Below are positions 50,843 to 61,347 of a DNA stretch of 64,000 nucleotides, in pieces. Both the position numbers and the translations under genes were made by a program. Where the stretch lies: positions 1,824,001 to 1,888,000 of the forward strand of contig CBDCJH010000002.1 of assembly GCA_965217775.1 (NCBI GenBank), written 5' to 3'. The number at the start of each line of letters is the position of its first letter. The first letter of the stretch is position 1. This DNA is from Acidobacteriota bacterium. Lineage in GTDB: Bacteria > Acidobacteriota > UBA6911 > RPQK01 > JAJDTT01. The notes under the pieces were generated by a model. That model was not told the DNA's origin, ran no database searches, and worked only from the letters and a program-made list of their open reading frames with translations.

Positions 50843-50962
50843 ATGAGGCTTGAGGACCGCCCGCCAGCCCCAGGGTCCTGCGCCCACAAGCAATCCCCCG
50901 ATAAACGCGCATAACACGGCCCACAGTGGGCGCAGCCTGCAAAAAGGACCATAGAGCCCTAG

Positions 50963-51175
50963 CAGCCCGTGGCAAAAGTCGGGAGAAGTCACACTGCTGA
51001 CATAAAATGGTGCTCGGGTCGTATTCCAGAAAGTCTCGCACGCTCGCCGAATCCGACACCCGCCAGGCGATGGCCCGCTCCAAGTTCAGCCCCTCGAAGT
51101 ACCCCACCAGCAGCAGCCGAAAGTACCGTCCGGGCCGTAGACTCGGGCGACCCAACCGTTCGCATAAAAGCGCGC
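50963..51175 (-). mobile_element. Internally deleted IS1182-family remnant
   Basis: GRPSLRPGRYFRLLLVGYFEGL..ERAIAWRVSDS.SVRDFL joined to end ..GACTTTTGCCACGGGCTG-CTAG. Confidence 0.8.
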
Positions 51176-51537
51176 GTGAAAAGAACGTGACTGTCCTCTT
51201 CTCGATACGCGGCATCTGAGAGAAGGTGACCGTCCCCCTTCTCATCTTTTGGGAGGCCTCTTCTCGAAAGAATCTCTGAAATCAAGTCTGTGAAGGTGTT
51301 CCGTCTTCGTGGACGGATTAGTAATACGGTTTCAACTGGTAGTTGTTGCAATACCCCTTCTATCGGTGGGGGTCAAGACTTCTATCTGTCAATGGACATC
51401 GAATATGTCACGGAAAGAACGTGGCTGCCCCCTTCTCGATACGTGTGTAATACGAGGGCCATTGTGTCTTTCCTATTTCGTGACTCCAGCGCTTTCCGAA
51501 TATGCGCTGCAAAGGTGGGGCCTCTCAACCATCAATT

Positions 51538-51828
51538 CTATACTTGCCCCGAAGACAGCAATGCGCGCTTGACGGCCTCTGGTTCCTTTGCGATCACACG
51601 TAGAAGAGTTGCAGCCGGTCCGCTGATCTGGCGCGTCCCTTGCTCCCATTTGCGGTAGCCGGAAAGACTCATGCCCATCAATGGCGCCATCTGCGCCTGT
51701 GTGAGCTTCGCCTGCTCCCGAACCTCGCGTGGAGTCACGGGAGAGTGGAGGACAGCGTAGCCATCTCCCTTTGCGTGAGCAACAGCTTCCTTGAGAGACT
51801 GGATCAGGTCGTCGCCAAATGTGCTCAT
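51538..51828 (-). CDS. Xre-HTH antitoxin (HigA2-like)
   Basis: DLIQSLKEAVAH, LTQAQMA..YRKWEQG..GPAATLL; overlaps the toxin stop. Confidence 0.88.
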   Translation of the reverse strand: MSTFGDDLIQSLKEAVAHAKGDGYAVLHSPVTPREVREQAKLTQAQMAPLMGMSLSGYRKWEQGTRQISGPAATLLRVIAKEPEAVKRALLSSGQV

Positions 51829-52163
51829 TTCATCCCCTTTCGGGCCGCCTTGAGTGCGGCTACGAGTTTTGAAACCGTGCGTCTTTCCTTCGGCGTCATG
51901 TCAGTTTTCGAGCTCTTCGCATAGGCAAGCAGTGCGTAAATCGGACTCGCTTTGTCCAAGTAGTAGTAGATCACTCGAGCCCCGCCTCGCTTGCCCCGTC
52001 CGGAGGCCGCGAAGCGCAGTTTCCGGACACCGCCGGTGCCCGGAATTTCATCCCCCGCCAGCGGATTCTCCGCGAGGAAGTTGATCAGTTCGTGTTTCTC
52101 ATCCTCACTGAACAGCTTGTCAGCCTGACGGGAGAACGTCGGAGTCTCGGCCACCGTTTGCAT
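51825..52163 (-). CDS. RelE/HigB2-family toxin
   Basis: NPLAGDEIPGTGGVRKLRF..GKRGGARVIYY..YAK. Confidence 0.92.
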   Translation of the reverse strand: MQTVAETPTFSRQADKLFSEDEKHELINFLAENPLAGDEIPGTGGVRKLRFAASGRGKRGGARVIYYYLDKASPIYALLAYAKSSKTDMTPKERRTVSKLVAALKAARKGMK

Positions 52164-52433
52164 CGAACGACATTATATACCCCATTGGGTTAGTTTAGGC
52201 AGTCCCAATCCGTGCGATTGCGTGAGCTGGTCGAGAAGAAGGACGGTCAATTCAGACTTTGGTGAGGGAAAGGCGTCATCGCCCGTAATCGGGAGAAACC
52301 GGAAACGCGACTCGACTACAGAAACTCGACCACGCCGACCCAGAACGACCAGGGGCATGACTCGTGCGATCGGACTTGGCCCCGGACGTGACGCGGACGT
52401 GACCGAAAAAAAGTGACTGTCCCCTTCTCGACG

Positions 52434-52600
52434 CTGAAGCGCATTGCGGGCAAACCGGTCCGGCTACGGCTGATGATGAAGGACGCCGACCTGTTTTCGC
52501 TGCGGTTTCGTTGATCTGGATGCGCTTGACATTGGCGTCAAGCTGAAGCCCTCTCCGCTCGTCTTGCGCGAACCGCGGAGAGCGGAACCGTCCCTTACTC
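52434..52600 (+). repeat. Copy of the 3' end of the 36068-type gene plus downstream ~85 bp
   Basis: LKRIAGKPVRLRLMMKDADLFSLRFR*; downstream DNA matches 46906-46989. Confidence 0.88.
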
Positions 52601-52605
52601 TTCCT

Positions 52606-53004
52606 TTACGTTCTCGCGTCCACACGGCGAAGGTTGCCGCCCCAGCTCAGGATGCGCTCATCGGCCGTGAGCAGACTGTGACCCCCCAGCGCAGTCGCGA
52701 CGATGATGCGGTCGGCTGGATCCGCGTGGAAGTCCTTCAGACTGTTGGCGCGGATGGCAATGTCGCCGTCTACCGGAATCTCGACGAGACCATCCTGGAG
52801 AAGCCGGGTTCGCCACGTTCTGACGTCCTCCAGCAGGCGGATGCGCCCCTTCTCGTGCAACAGAGCCACTTCCCAGAACGAAAACGCCGACGCCGCCAGT
52901 GTGGCTTCCCGTAGTCCCCGTTCCATCAGTCCTCTGGAAAGAGGCCCGATTTGCGGTCCGCCAAGTCTCGACCACAACAGTACGTGAGTGTCCACCAATA
53001 TCAC
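52606..53004 (-). CDS. vapC: VapC PIN-domain toxin
   Basis: ILVDTHVLLW, SFWEV, HADPADRIIVATA, LLTAD. Confidence 0.92.
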   Translation of the reverse strand: MILVDTHVLLWSRLGGPQIGPLSRGLMERGLREATLAASAFSFWEVALLHEKGRIRLLEDVRTWRTRLLQDGLVEIPVDGDIAIRANSLKDFHADPADRIIVATALGGHSLLTADERILSWGGNLRRVDART

Positions 53005-53285
53005 GGATTGGCCACCCGGTCGGGGTTCACCTCGGCTTCCCACTCCAGGTCAATCGGGGAGATGATGTCGCCGATGATTTCGATCCTGTCTCGATCAGCT
53101 CCGAACCAATCCCCGAACCGCTTGCGGTAGGGCAGAAGGCGCGCGGTTGGGCGGCCATTTTTGGTGATCACGATCTCTTCTCCGCTTTCTGCCACTTCGT
53201 CCATCAGCCTGAGGCACGTGGCCTTGAACTCGGACGCCTTGATGGTACGTGATTCACTCGCTCCGTCTCGTTTGGGAACTACCAT
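53001..53285 (-). CDS. Phd/YefM antitoxin
   Basis: IKASEFKATCLRLMDEV...IVITKNGRPTARL. Confidence 0.9.
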   Translation of the reverse strand: MVVPKRDGASESRTIKASEFKATCLRLMDEVAESGEEIVITKNGRPTARLLPYRKRFGDWFGADRDRIEIIGDIISPIDLEWEAEVNPDRVANP

Positions 53286-53320
53286 GGCGTCACACCCTTC
53301 CTCTTGCAGTATGGGATCTT

Positions 53321-53343
53321 ACCATAGTCATGACCATGGTCAT
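53321..53343. promoter_or_regulatory. Putative TA autoregulatory operator
   Basis: Perfect palindrome ATGACCATGGTCAT with an adjacent degenerate copy, upstream of the antitoxin. Confidence 0.55.
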
Positions 53344-53397
53344 ATAATATACTGGTGTTCAGGTGACTCACAACTCTGAACACGGCGGTAGATTCGC

Positions 53398-53637
53398 ATG
53401 AACCGCACCCTACTTTCGCTCATCGAAGCCGAATACCTACGCTACAAGCTCCTCGGGGAACGTGCGAGCGAGGAGAACGGAACTTTCCCTTTTCTCTTCG
53501 TGAAGATCCTGAAGGGGTTCGTCGGAAAGGTAACCCATACACGGTACCAACTGACCCAAGAGGGAAAGCGAGGTCTCGCTGCCTACTGGAAACAGATTGA
53601 CGAGATTCGATCTCTTCCATCGCACATGACCCGATAG
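53398..53637 (+). pseudogene. Chimera of a DinB/DUF1572-like N-terminus and a winged-helix regulator C-terminus
   Basis: LSLIEAEYLRYKLLGERA | hairpin motif | KILKGFVGKVTHTRYQLTQEGKRGLAAYW. Confidence 0.55.
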
Positions 53638-53705
53638 GCAAGAAGACCCCTTGGCCTGGGATTGTCAATGGCTCCAGGAAGAAAGGACTGTCCCTTTCTG
53701 TTCCG

Positions 53706-54236
53706 CCCCTGGAGCTGACTCCGCAGGCGAAGTCCGAAGGTGTGAGCATCGTCGGCGGAAGTCGTGGAGCGGGCGTCGCCATGCTGGCCGGCATCCGCGA
53801 CGAGCGCATCGAGAACATCGTCGCCTTCTTCGGTCCCACCGACTTCTTCGACGACTGGGTGCGGCAAATCGTGCGCGAGGCGGTCCTGGGGCGTCCGCGC
53901 AAGCTCACGGGCGTGGCCCACATGGACTCCACTTTCGTTCAGCCCTACATGAGAGGCGAGATCGAACTGGCTGAGTTGCGCCTGGAGTTGGTGCGCCGCT
54001 CCTCCGTCCTGTTCGCCGAAGACCTGCCGGCCGTCCAGCTGCACCATGGCGATTCCGACGAGACCGTCGCCGTCAGCCAAGCGTACTCGATGATCCGTGC
54101 CATGGAGACCTTGGGACGCGAGCCTCCCGAGTTCGAGGTCTTCATCTATGAGGGTGGAGGACACGAGGTGTTCGGTCTAAGGGGTGCCATTCCGCGGGCG
54201 GTGAGGTTCCTGTGGCGTGCCCTGGGAAGGCAATAA
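53706..54236 (+). pseudogene. C-terminal fragment of an S9 peptidase/alpha-beta hydrolase
   Basis: GGSRGAG nucleophile, HHGDSDETV, YEGGGH; no N-terminus; begins right after a hairpin motif. Confidence 0.7.
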
Positions 54237-54302
54237 AGTCGCTTATCGGGCTGACCTTTTGCCGGAGTTGGAGGAATCTTTCGGAGAGGGAGGTGACGTC
54301 AC

Positions 54303-54824
54303 GTGAAAACACGCCGCAAGTTCCCCGCCGGTACAGTCCTCGTCACGGCGATCCTGGGGGCAGTTTCTCTCAGCCCATCCGGAATGGCGCACGCGGGACC
54401 CGAGGACTACGAGCGCGTCTATTGGGACAAGGGAGACGCCAGGAAGGTCATCGCCCGCGCGACAGCAATTGACATGGGGAGCACCAGTGAGATGCTCCTT
54501 CGCATCACTGCAGTCGCATTCAATAACGAACCGAACAGAGACGAGACCACTTATGGCGTCTGGCTCACAGACGACGTCTGCTGGTCACTGGCTATTCTTG
54601 TGCAAGAGGAAGAACGACGGACCGATGAGGAGAAGGAGAAAATCTACGAGGCCTTCGTGGAAACGGGTGCATGCCGTGAAGCCCGACACCCCGCCCGAGC
54701 ACCGGGATTGGTATCCACAGGGGACAGACTCACCGACAACCGAAACGGAACAGCGGAAGAGTTCAAGATGATGGAGATGTATCCGGCTTGGAGATCTCCA
54801 CAGAAAAGCCTGCCGTCGCCCTAG
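54303..54824 (+). CDS. Hypothetical secreted protein, possibly truncated
   Basis: GGAGG RBS; signal peptide ending AHA. Confidence 0.5.
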   Translation: MKTRRKFPAGTVLVTAILGAVSLSPSGMAHAGPEDYERVYWDKGDARKVIARATAIDMGSTSEMLLRITAVAFNNEPNRDETTYGVWLTDDVCWSLAILVQEEERRTDEEKEKIYEAFVETGACREARHPARAPGLVSTGDRLTDNRNGTAEEFKMMEMYPAWRSPQKSLPSP

Positions 54825-55229
54825 GAGTTCCCCGTTCCCGCCCCTAGGAGCCTGCGCGGCAGAAATTGATCTACTGCGAAAGCGGTAGAATCGGTCCATA
54901 TTTCCTCGATTTCTCGGCGAATAGAACAACTATGCACCTCCAAATCGAGAAAATCTGGCCTCGATTCCCCACTTTCTCGCTACGATCATTTCTACCGCGC
55001 AGACTCCTAGCTTGGGCCAAAGACCAGGGGCCTATACCTGAATCCTCGTGTAGGGGAGATCTCTGCACTCTGGAGGACTTCCATTAACTGAAATTGTCAG
55101 ACGTAGACGGTTCGCACTTGATTCAGACTCTGCGCCGTCCGTGCGCTTTCCCGTCCGCTTCTGTCCCAATCCGATGAGCTCCCGCCGTTGGAAAAATCAC
55201 ATCTGTTTGTACCGTGTCGGACGATGAGC

Positions 55230-55322
55230 TCGGAGGAACCCTTGAAGCGGATCGCGGGCAAACCGGTTCAGCTGCGTCTGGTGATGAAAGACGCCAGTCT
55301 TTTTTCGTTGCGGTTCCGGTGA
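55230..55322 (+). repeat. Further copy of the 3' end of the 36068-type gene
   Basis: EEPLKRIAGKPVQLRLVMKDASLFSLRFR*. Confidence 0.85.
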
Positions 55323-55602
55323 AGTCGGTGGCGCTAACCCAATCAGCCTATTCGGTGTCATAGACGCCAGATGCGCGTTTGAATCCGAGTACTGCGATCC
55401 TGAATGGCCCACCAGTCGCAGCCACCGGAACTGCATCAAGCTTGGCGCACTAATCCGAAGTTTCAGAGATGAAGTCAAGTAACTCTCTCATTTGGAACGA
55501 CTTAGATATTTTCCTCCCATAGCCTGTCTGGCTACGCCAGGACGTCACTCCCAACTGTTGGAACGCCCGTCGCTGCAATTCGGCGGACCGGAGAGATCCG
55601 GG

Positions 55603-58600
55603 CTACGAGCCCTCCATCCCATCTTCTCCCTCCCGGATGCTCAAGTTGCCGTAGCGATGGTAATCACTACTGATGCTTTGCTCCCTGACGTACCAGAGCA
55701 ACTCCACCCGGCCCTGGATCAGTACCGGCGCCCGCGCCAAGTAAACCCCCGACGCGGCCGCCGCCCGGAACACGATCTCCGGCACCCGCTCCGGCGCCGC
55801 ATAGCGGACGCGGTCGGTCTCGGCTTCGCGGACCCGGCTCGCCAGCTCGTCGTCGCTTTCCTCGAAAAATTCGACACCCTCGTTCCACGATGCGGTCAAT
55901 TCCTGCAGCCAGTCGGTGGCCGGAGACCACCAGCCCCGGGGGAAACTTACCTTGGCCCGGCAGCCGACGGCCTTGGCCGCACAGACGCGTGCAAAGATCT
56001 CGAACAGTGAATCACGGGGATCCAGGCGGATTTGGAGCCGGCGGACGGGCAAATAGCGCCGCAGGTTGTCCTGGCCCACCAAACGGAAGTGGTCATGGGT
56101 ACGGCCGAATTCCTCTTGACTGTTGGTGCAGTAGCTCTCCAAGGCTGCCGCGACCCGAGGCAGTTCGTCCCCGTACGCGGCAACTCCGGGCGGACCCGGC
56201 TCTTGCAGGCGCCAACGGAGGTCGGCGAGATCGGGATCGGCGATTTCGAGAGCGCCGGCTCCAACTTCACCGTCCCGGAAGTCCATAAGCTGGGCCACGT
56301 AGTTGGGTCCTCCCGCCTTGATTCCGGGGCCAAAGGCGGACTTGCCCATGCCACCAAAGGGTTGGCGGAGCACGATGGCCCCGGTGGTCCCTCGGTTGAC
56401 GTAGAGGTTGCCCGCCTCGACGCGGTCGCACCAGTAAGATTGTTCGCGATCGTCCAGGCTCTCGAGGCCGGAGGTCAGGCCATACCCGGTCTGACGGATG
56501 AGGTCCAGGGCTTGGTCCAGGTTCTTCACCTCCATCACCCCCAGCACGGGGCCGAAGAGCTCGGTCAGGTGAGTGAAGCTCCCCGGCCGGACATCCCACT
56601 TGACCCCTGGGGAGTAGAGATATGGATTGCCTTGCAGCCGTCGGGGCATCACCGCCCAGGACTCGCCCGGCTCCAGTTCCTTGAGGCCGGTTTCCAGGGC
56701 ACCCGAGGGCGCGCGAATCAGGGGCCCCATCCTGGTCTGGAGGTCCCAGGCCGAGCCCACCTCCAGGCTCCGCACCGCGTCGCAGAGCGTCTCTTTGAAC
56801 CTCGGATCCCGGTAGACCTCCTCCTCGACCAGGAGCAGAGAGGTTGCCGAACACTTCTGTCCGCTGTGACTGAAGGCGGAGTGAACCACGTGGCTGACGG
56901 CCAACTCCCGGTCTCCAAGAGCGGTCAAGGTGGTAGCGTTCTTCCCCCCCGTCTCAGCCAGCAGATTCATATCCGGCGTGGCCCCCAGCATCCGCAGGGC
57001 GGTCTCGGTACCGCCGGTGAGGATGACGGCGTCCACCTCCGGGTGGGAGACCAGGCAGGATCCGGCAATCTCGTCGGAGCAGGAGACCATCTGCAGGGTC
57101 CGTGGGGAAACCCCGGCCCTCCAGAAGCAACGGCAAAGCTCGTGGGCCACCAGCACCGTGTCGGGGGCGGGCTTGAGGATGACCGTGTTCCCCGCCGCCA
57201 GGGCGGCGGCGATTCCGCCTCCCGGTATGGCGATGGGAAAGTTCCAGGGAGAAACGACGACCACGACACCCTTGGGCTTGACCTGCAGACCTGGAAGGTC
57301 GTGGAAGTAGCGGGCCGCCAAGTCGTAGAAAACGACGAAATCCACCACCTCACTGACCTCCGGGTCCGACTCGGACAGAGTCTTTCCGCCGTCCGCCAGG
57401 GCGGCGCCCATGAGGTCCCCGCGGCCCCGGCGCAATTCCCGCGCCACCGACGCCAGCACTCGGGAGCGCTCTTCGGCCGTCCTCGTGCGCCAGCCGTCGG
57501 TATCGTTTCGAGCGCAGGTCACTACCCGTTCGATGTCCTCCCGGTTGGCCAGTCGATAGCGGCCGACGACCAGGCCCGGCCGGGAGGGATCCCGGCAGTC
57601 ACGCAGCTCCCGATCCTGAAAGATCTCCTCCCCGTCCACGACCAGGGGAACTTCCACCTTGTGGTCGTGGTGGCGAGGTTTCCAGCGTTCGATGATCGCC
57701 CGGCCCCACTCGCGGTTGGCAGGCAGTGAGAAATCAGTATCCGGTTCGTTGACAAATCGTTTCCACGAGCTCGGGGGTGACGACACACGAGTCTCGGCCA
57801 GGCGATTCTGGACGCGTCGAGGCATCTCCGAAACCTCTTCGCGGTGACGAGAAGATTCGAGGAACCCCGCTTCCAGTCGTTTCCATTCCGGGCTGCCGGG
57901 GACCAGCTTGAAGGCGTACCTGAGGAAATTGTCGGGTCCCGTGTTCTCGTCCAGACGGCGAAAGAGGTATCCGACGGCGTTGACGAAGTCCTCTTTCCTG
58001 GTCGCCGGCGCATAGAGGAGGAGGTTTTGCGCCATTTCGAACAGGGCCCGGCGCTGGGCATTGGCCATCCCTTCCAGCATCTCGAACTGCACCCGGTCCA
58101 GGACGCCGGCCTCCGCAGCCAACAGCAGGGCGTACGAGACGTCGAAGAGGTTGTGTGAAGCCACCCCCAGCCGCACCGCCGCAATATTCTCCGGAGCCAG
58201 AGCTTCCTGCAGCATGCGCTTGTAGTTGGCGTCGGTCTCAAGCTTTGACTCGTACGGCGCTTGCTCCCAGCCCCGCAGGGACGCCTCCACACGTTCCATC
58301 TCCAGGTTGGCGCCCTTCACCAGCCGGATCGTTACCGGTGCTCCTCCGCTCTGCACCCGCTCCCTGGCCCAGGCGTTGATTCTCTTCTGGGCCAGGTATG
58401 AGTCGGGGAGGTAGGCTTGAAGAGCGATCCCCCCGCCGGCCTGCTGCAAGCCCTTGCGGTCGAGGGTCCGCAGAAAGACCTCTGTGGTCACCGCCAAGTC
58501 GCGATACTCCTCCATGTCGAGGTACACGAACTTGGGCACCACGCTGCCGTCTCGGCGTCGAAAGCGCCCTCTGGCCGCAGCCCGATAGAGCAGCTCCAGC

Positions 58601-59337
58601 CGGTCGCAAAGCACGGAGACGGTGTGCTCGAAGGCTAGAGTCGAGATCTGGGAGTAGATGGTGGAGACCTTGACCGAGATCACCTCGATCTCCGGGATCT
58701 GGAGCGCGCTCAGGTACAACTCCAAACGCCGCTGGGCGTCGGCTTCTCCCAGCAGGGCCTCTCCCAGGAAGTTGACGTTCATCCGTACCCCGCCGGTCCG
58801 GCGCGCCTCCAGGTGCCCGACCAGCAGGTCCTCCTCCGCGGGGAGGATGACGTTGGCGGTTTCTTCCCGCATCCTTTCCCGGACCAGCGGCGCCGCCACC
58901 TCCGGGAGGTAGCTGCCGAAGGAGTGAAACCCCTTGAGCAGAGTTCGATCCAGACCGCTGAAGAAGCGGGGGATTCCCTGGATGTCCAGGATGTGCAGGA
59001 TCTGGTCGACGGCGCGGCGCGGGTTGCTGGAGCGGAAGGCTTGGTCGGTGAGCTGGGTGAGGGTCGCTTTGTCGTGCGGACTCTGCACCATCCGCTCCAG
59101 TTCGGCCTGCTGCTTCTCTTCTTCGGGGGTTTGAAGCGTCGCCGCCTTTTCCTGAAGACACCGTGCCAGGAAGACGGCTTTCTGCGCCTGCTCCGAGTCG
59201 GGTGACCCGCGGTCCGGTCTGAACGATCCGAGAAGCTCGAGCAGTGACTTCTTCACGTGGGGATCCGTCGGAATATAAGATCTTGGACCAGGAGCCTCTT
59301 TTGGTGGCGCCCCCTCCACAGGATTAACAGCCCGCAT
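55603..59337 (-). CDS. putA: Bifunctional proline dehydrogenase / P5C dehydrogenase
   Basis: LDMEEY, IRLVKGAN, ASHN, RRLDEN; SPWNFP, ETGGKN, SGQKCSA, ELFGP; start uncertain by a few codons. Confidence 0.95.
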   Translation of the reverse strand: MRAVNPVEGAPPKEAPGPRSYIPTDPHVKKSLLELLGSFRPDRGSPDSEQAQKAVFLARCLQEKAATLQTPEEEKQQAELERMVQSPHDKATLTQLTDQAFRSSNPRRAVDQILHILDIQGIPRFFSGLDRTLLKGFHSFGSYLPEVAAPLVRERMREETANVILPAEEDLLVGHLEARRTGGVRMNVNFLGEALLGEADAQRRLELYLSALQIPEIEVISVKVSTIYSQISTLAFEHTVSVLCDRLELLYRAAARGRFRRRDGSVVPKFVYLDMEEYRDLAVTTEVFLRTLDRKGLQQAGGGIALQAYLPDSYLAQKRINAWARERVQSGGAPVTIRLVKGANLEMERVEASLRGWEQAPYESKLETDANYKRMLQEALAPENIAAVRLGVASHNLFDVSYALLLAAEAGVLDRVQFEMLEGMANAQRRALFEMAQNLLLYAPATRKEDFVNAVGYLFRRLDENTGPDNFLRYAFKLVPGSPEWKRLEAGFLESSRHREEVSEMPRRVQNRLAETRVSSPPSSWKRFVNEPDTDFSLPANREWGRAIIERWKPRHHDHKVEVPLVVDGEEIFQDRELRDCRDPSRPGLVVGRYRLANREDIERVVTCARNDTDGWRTRTAEERSRVLASVARELRRGRGDLMGAALADGGKTLSESDPEVSEVVDFVVFYDLAARYFHDLPGLQVKPKGVVVVVSPWNFPIAIPGGGIAAALAAGNTVILKPAPDTVLVAHELCRCFWRAGVSPRTLQMVSCSDEIAGSCLVSHPEVDAVILTGGTETALRMLGATPDMNLLAETGGKNATTLTALGDRELAVSHVVHSAFSHSGQKCSATSLLLVEEEVYRDPRFKETLCDAVRSLEVGSAWDLQTRMGPLIRAPSGALETGLKELEPGESWAVMPRRLQGNPYLYSPGVKWDVRPGSFTHLTELFGPVLGVMEVKNLDQALDLIRQTGYGLTSGLESLDDREQSYWCDRVEAGNLYVNRGTTGAIVLRQPFGGMGKSAFGPGIKAGGPNYVAQLMDFRDGEVGAGALEIADPDLADLRWRLQEPGPPGVAAYGDELPRVAAALESYCTNSQEEFGRTHDHFRLVGQDNLRRYLPVRRLQIRLDPRDSLFEIFARVCAAKAVGCRAKVSFPRGWWSPATDWLQELTASWNEGVEFFEESDDELASRVREAETDRVRYAAPERVPEIVFRAAAASGVYLARAPVLIQGRVELLWYVREQSISSDYHRYGNLSIREGEDGMEGS

Positions 59338-59547
59338 CGTCAGTTTCTCCCGCATTCCCTTCTCTAACAACCCGCAGCCGGTTGGCTCGAGTGCTCGAGG
59401 CGGTTCCTTCCAACCGTTTCTACCACCGGCCCGCATTTCTCACCGGGGCTTGCACTCTTGAGAAGAGTGTAGAGATGGCGCAGAGTTTTTCCCGTAAGCG
59501 CCAGTTCGCGTCCGCAAAACGGTGCACCGCACTGTCCCCTTCTCTTC

Positions 59548-61097
59548 ATTCGCCGCCTGAAGCTCCCGACTCTGATCGACCCCAAGGGCTCGCGCCAGCG
59601 CAACTTGGTGCTGGCCCTGATCATTCAGCGTTTGTTGCATCCCGCCTCCAAGCTGGCCACCACCCGGCTCTGGCACACCACCACCCTGGCCTCCGAGCTC
59701 TCCCTGCAGGACGCCGACGAGGACGACCTGTACGGGGCCATGGACTGGTTGCTCCAACGTCAGAATCGGATCGAGAAGAAGCTGGCCCGGCGGCACCTGG
59801 CCGAAGGCGATCACGTGCTTTACGACCTCTCGAGCAGTTACTACGAAGGCCACACCTGTTCCTTGATGCGATTCGGCCACAGCCGAGACGGCAAACGCGG
59901 CCGGCCCATCGTCGTCTACGGGGTAATGGCCGATGCGGCGGGTTGTCCGGTGGCGATCCAAGCGTATCCCGGCAACACGGGGGATCCGGTCACGGTGCCG
60001 GATCAAGTCGAGAAGTTACGCCAGCGGTTCGGGTTGAAGCGGGTGGTGCTGGTGGGGGACCGGGGGCTGCTGACCGAGACTCAGATCAAGCATCTGAAGC
60101 GGCATCCGGGACTGGGGTGGATCTCGGCCCTGCGCCATGAGGCCATTCGCCAACTGGTGGACGCCCAAGAGGTTCAACCCTCGCTCTTTGACGAGCGTCA
60201 CTTGGCGGAGATCCGGACCGAGGCCTATCCGGGCGAACGGCTCGTCGTCTGTTACAACCCGATGCTGGGGGAGTATCGGCGGGGCAAACGCCAGGACCTG
60301 TTGGCGGAGACGGAGAAGAAGTTGGCCCGGATCGCCCGGGAGGTGGCGCGACGGACCAAGACACCCTTGCTGGCGACCGAGATCGCGGTGAAGGTGGGTC
60401 GGATCAAGAACCGGTACAAGGTGGCCAAGCACTTCGAGATGGTGATCGAAGACGGGCGCTTCGAATACGCCCGGCGCACCGAAGCCATCGCGCGGGAGGC
60501 GCAATTGGACGGGTTCTACATCCTGCGCACCAGCGAACCGGAAGAGCGGTTGGCGACGGCCGATGTGGTGCGCAGCTACAAGAACCTGACGAACGTGGAG
60601 CGGGCCTTCCGCTCACTCAAGACGGTGGACTTGCAGATCCGTCCCATCCGTCACCGGGCCGAGACGCGGGTGCGGTCGCACCTGTTCCTGTGCCTGCTGG
60701 CCTACTACGTCCAGTGGCATCTGCGGCGAGCCCTGGCTCCGTTGCAGTTCGATGACGAGGACTTGGAGGCGCACCGCGCTCGACGGGACCCGGTGCTGAA
60801 AGCCGAGCCGTCGGCCTCGGCCAAACGGAAAAAGACGAAGCGGGAAACCGAGGACGGACTGCCGCTTCACAGCTTCAAGACACTGATGGCGGAGATGGCG
60901 ACGCGTGCCCGTCACCAGTGCCGAACCGCCTCGGACCCGGACGGTCCGAGGCTGCAACGATTGACGGAACCGACGCCGCTGCAGCGACGGGCGCTGGAGT
61001 TGGTCAAGGTGTTCCCAGTGGACAACTAGTCCGCTTCGTGAGTTGTCCCTTTAGAATCAAGGAGTTATCTTGTCTCTGGGTCTGGAACTTCGGGTTA
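59548..61097 (+). mobile_element. IS1634-family element, 5'-truncated transposase (to 61029) with right end
   Basis: LYDLSSSYYEG, FGHSRDGK, VGDRG, VERAFRSLK, RPIRHR. The frame begins abruptly at IRRLKLP after a hairpin motif; end ..GGAACTTCGGGTTA. Confidence 0.9.
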
Positions 61098-61347
61098 ACT
61101 GAAATTAACGGACCTTCTGCGAGAAAAGGGAGGATTTCGCAGTTTCCCACGGGTCCTTGAATCAGCTTCGAGCCACCCGGAAACTCGGTTGGGAAGACGA
61201 GTATAGAGAAGGGGCAGAAAACGGAACTGTTCCCTTATCTTTCCATCTGGATTCCTTGGAGCGGGGGGGCGCCATCCAGGAGACCCGGACACCGGCCAAT
61301 CACAGGTGACGTGGGTAGAACCTGAATCGCGCCCCATATTCAGAAGC

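Noticed and set aside
46150-55322. Integron cassette array
   Set aside because: No intI and no clear attC (RYYYAAC...GTTRRRY) structure; genes point both ways and many are fragments.
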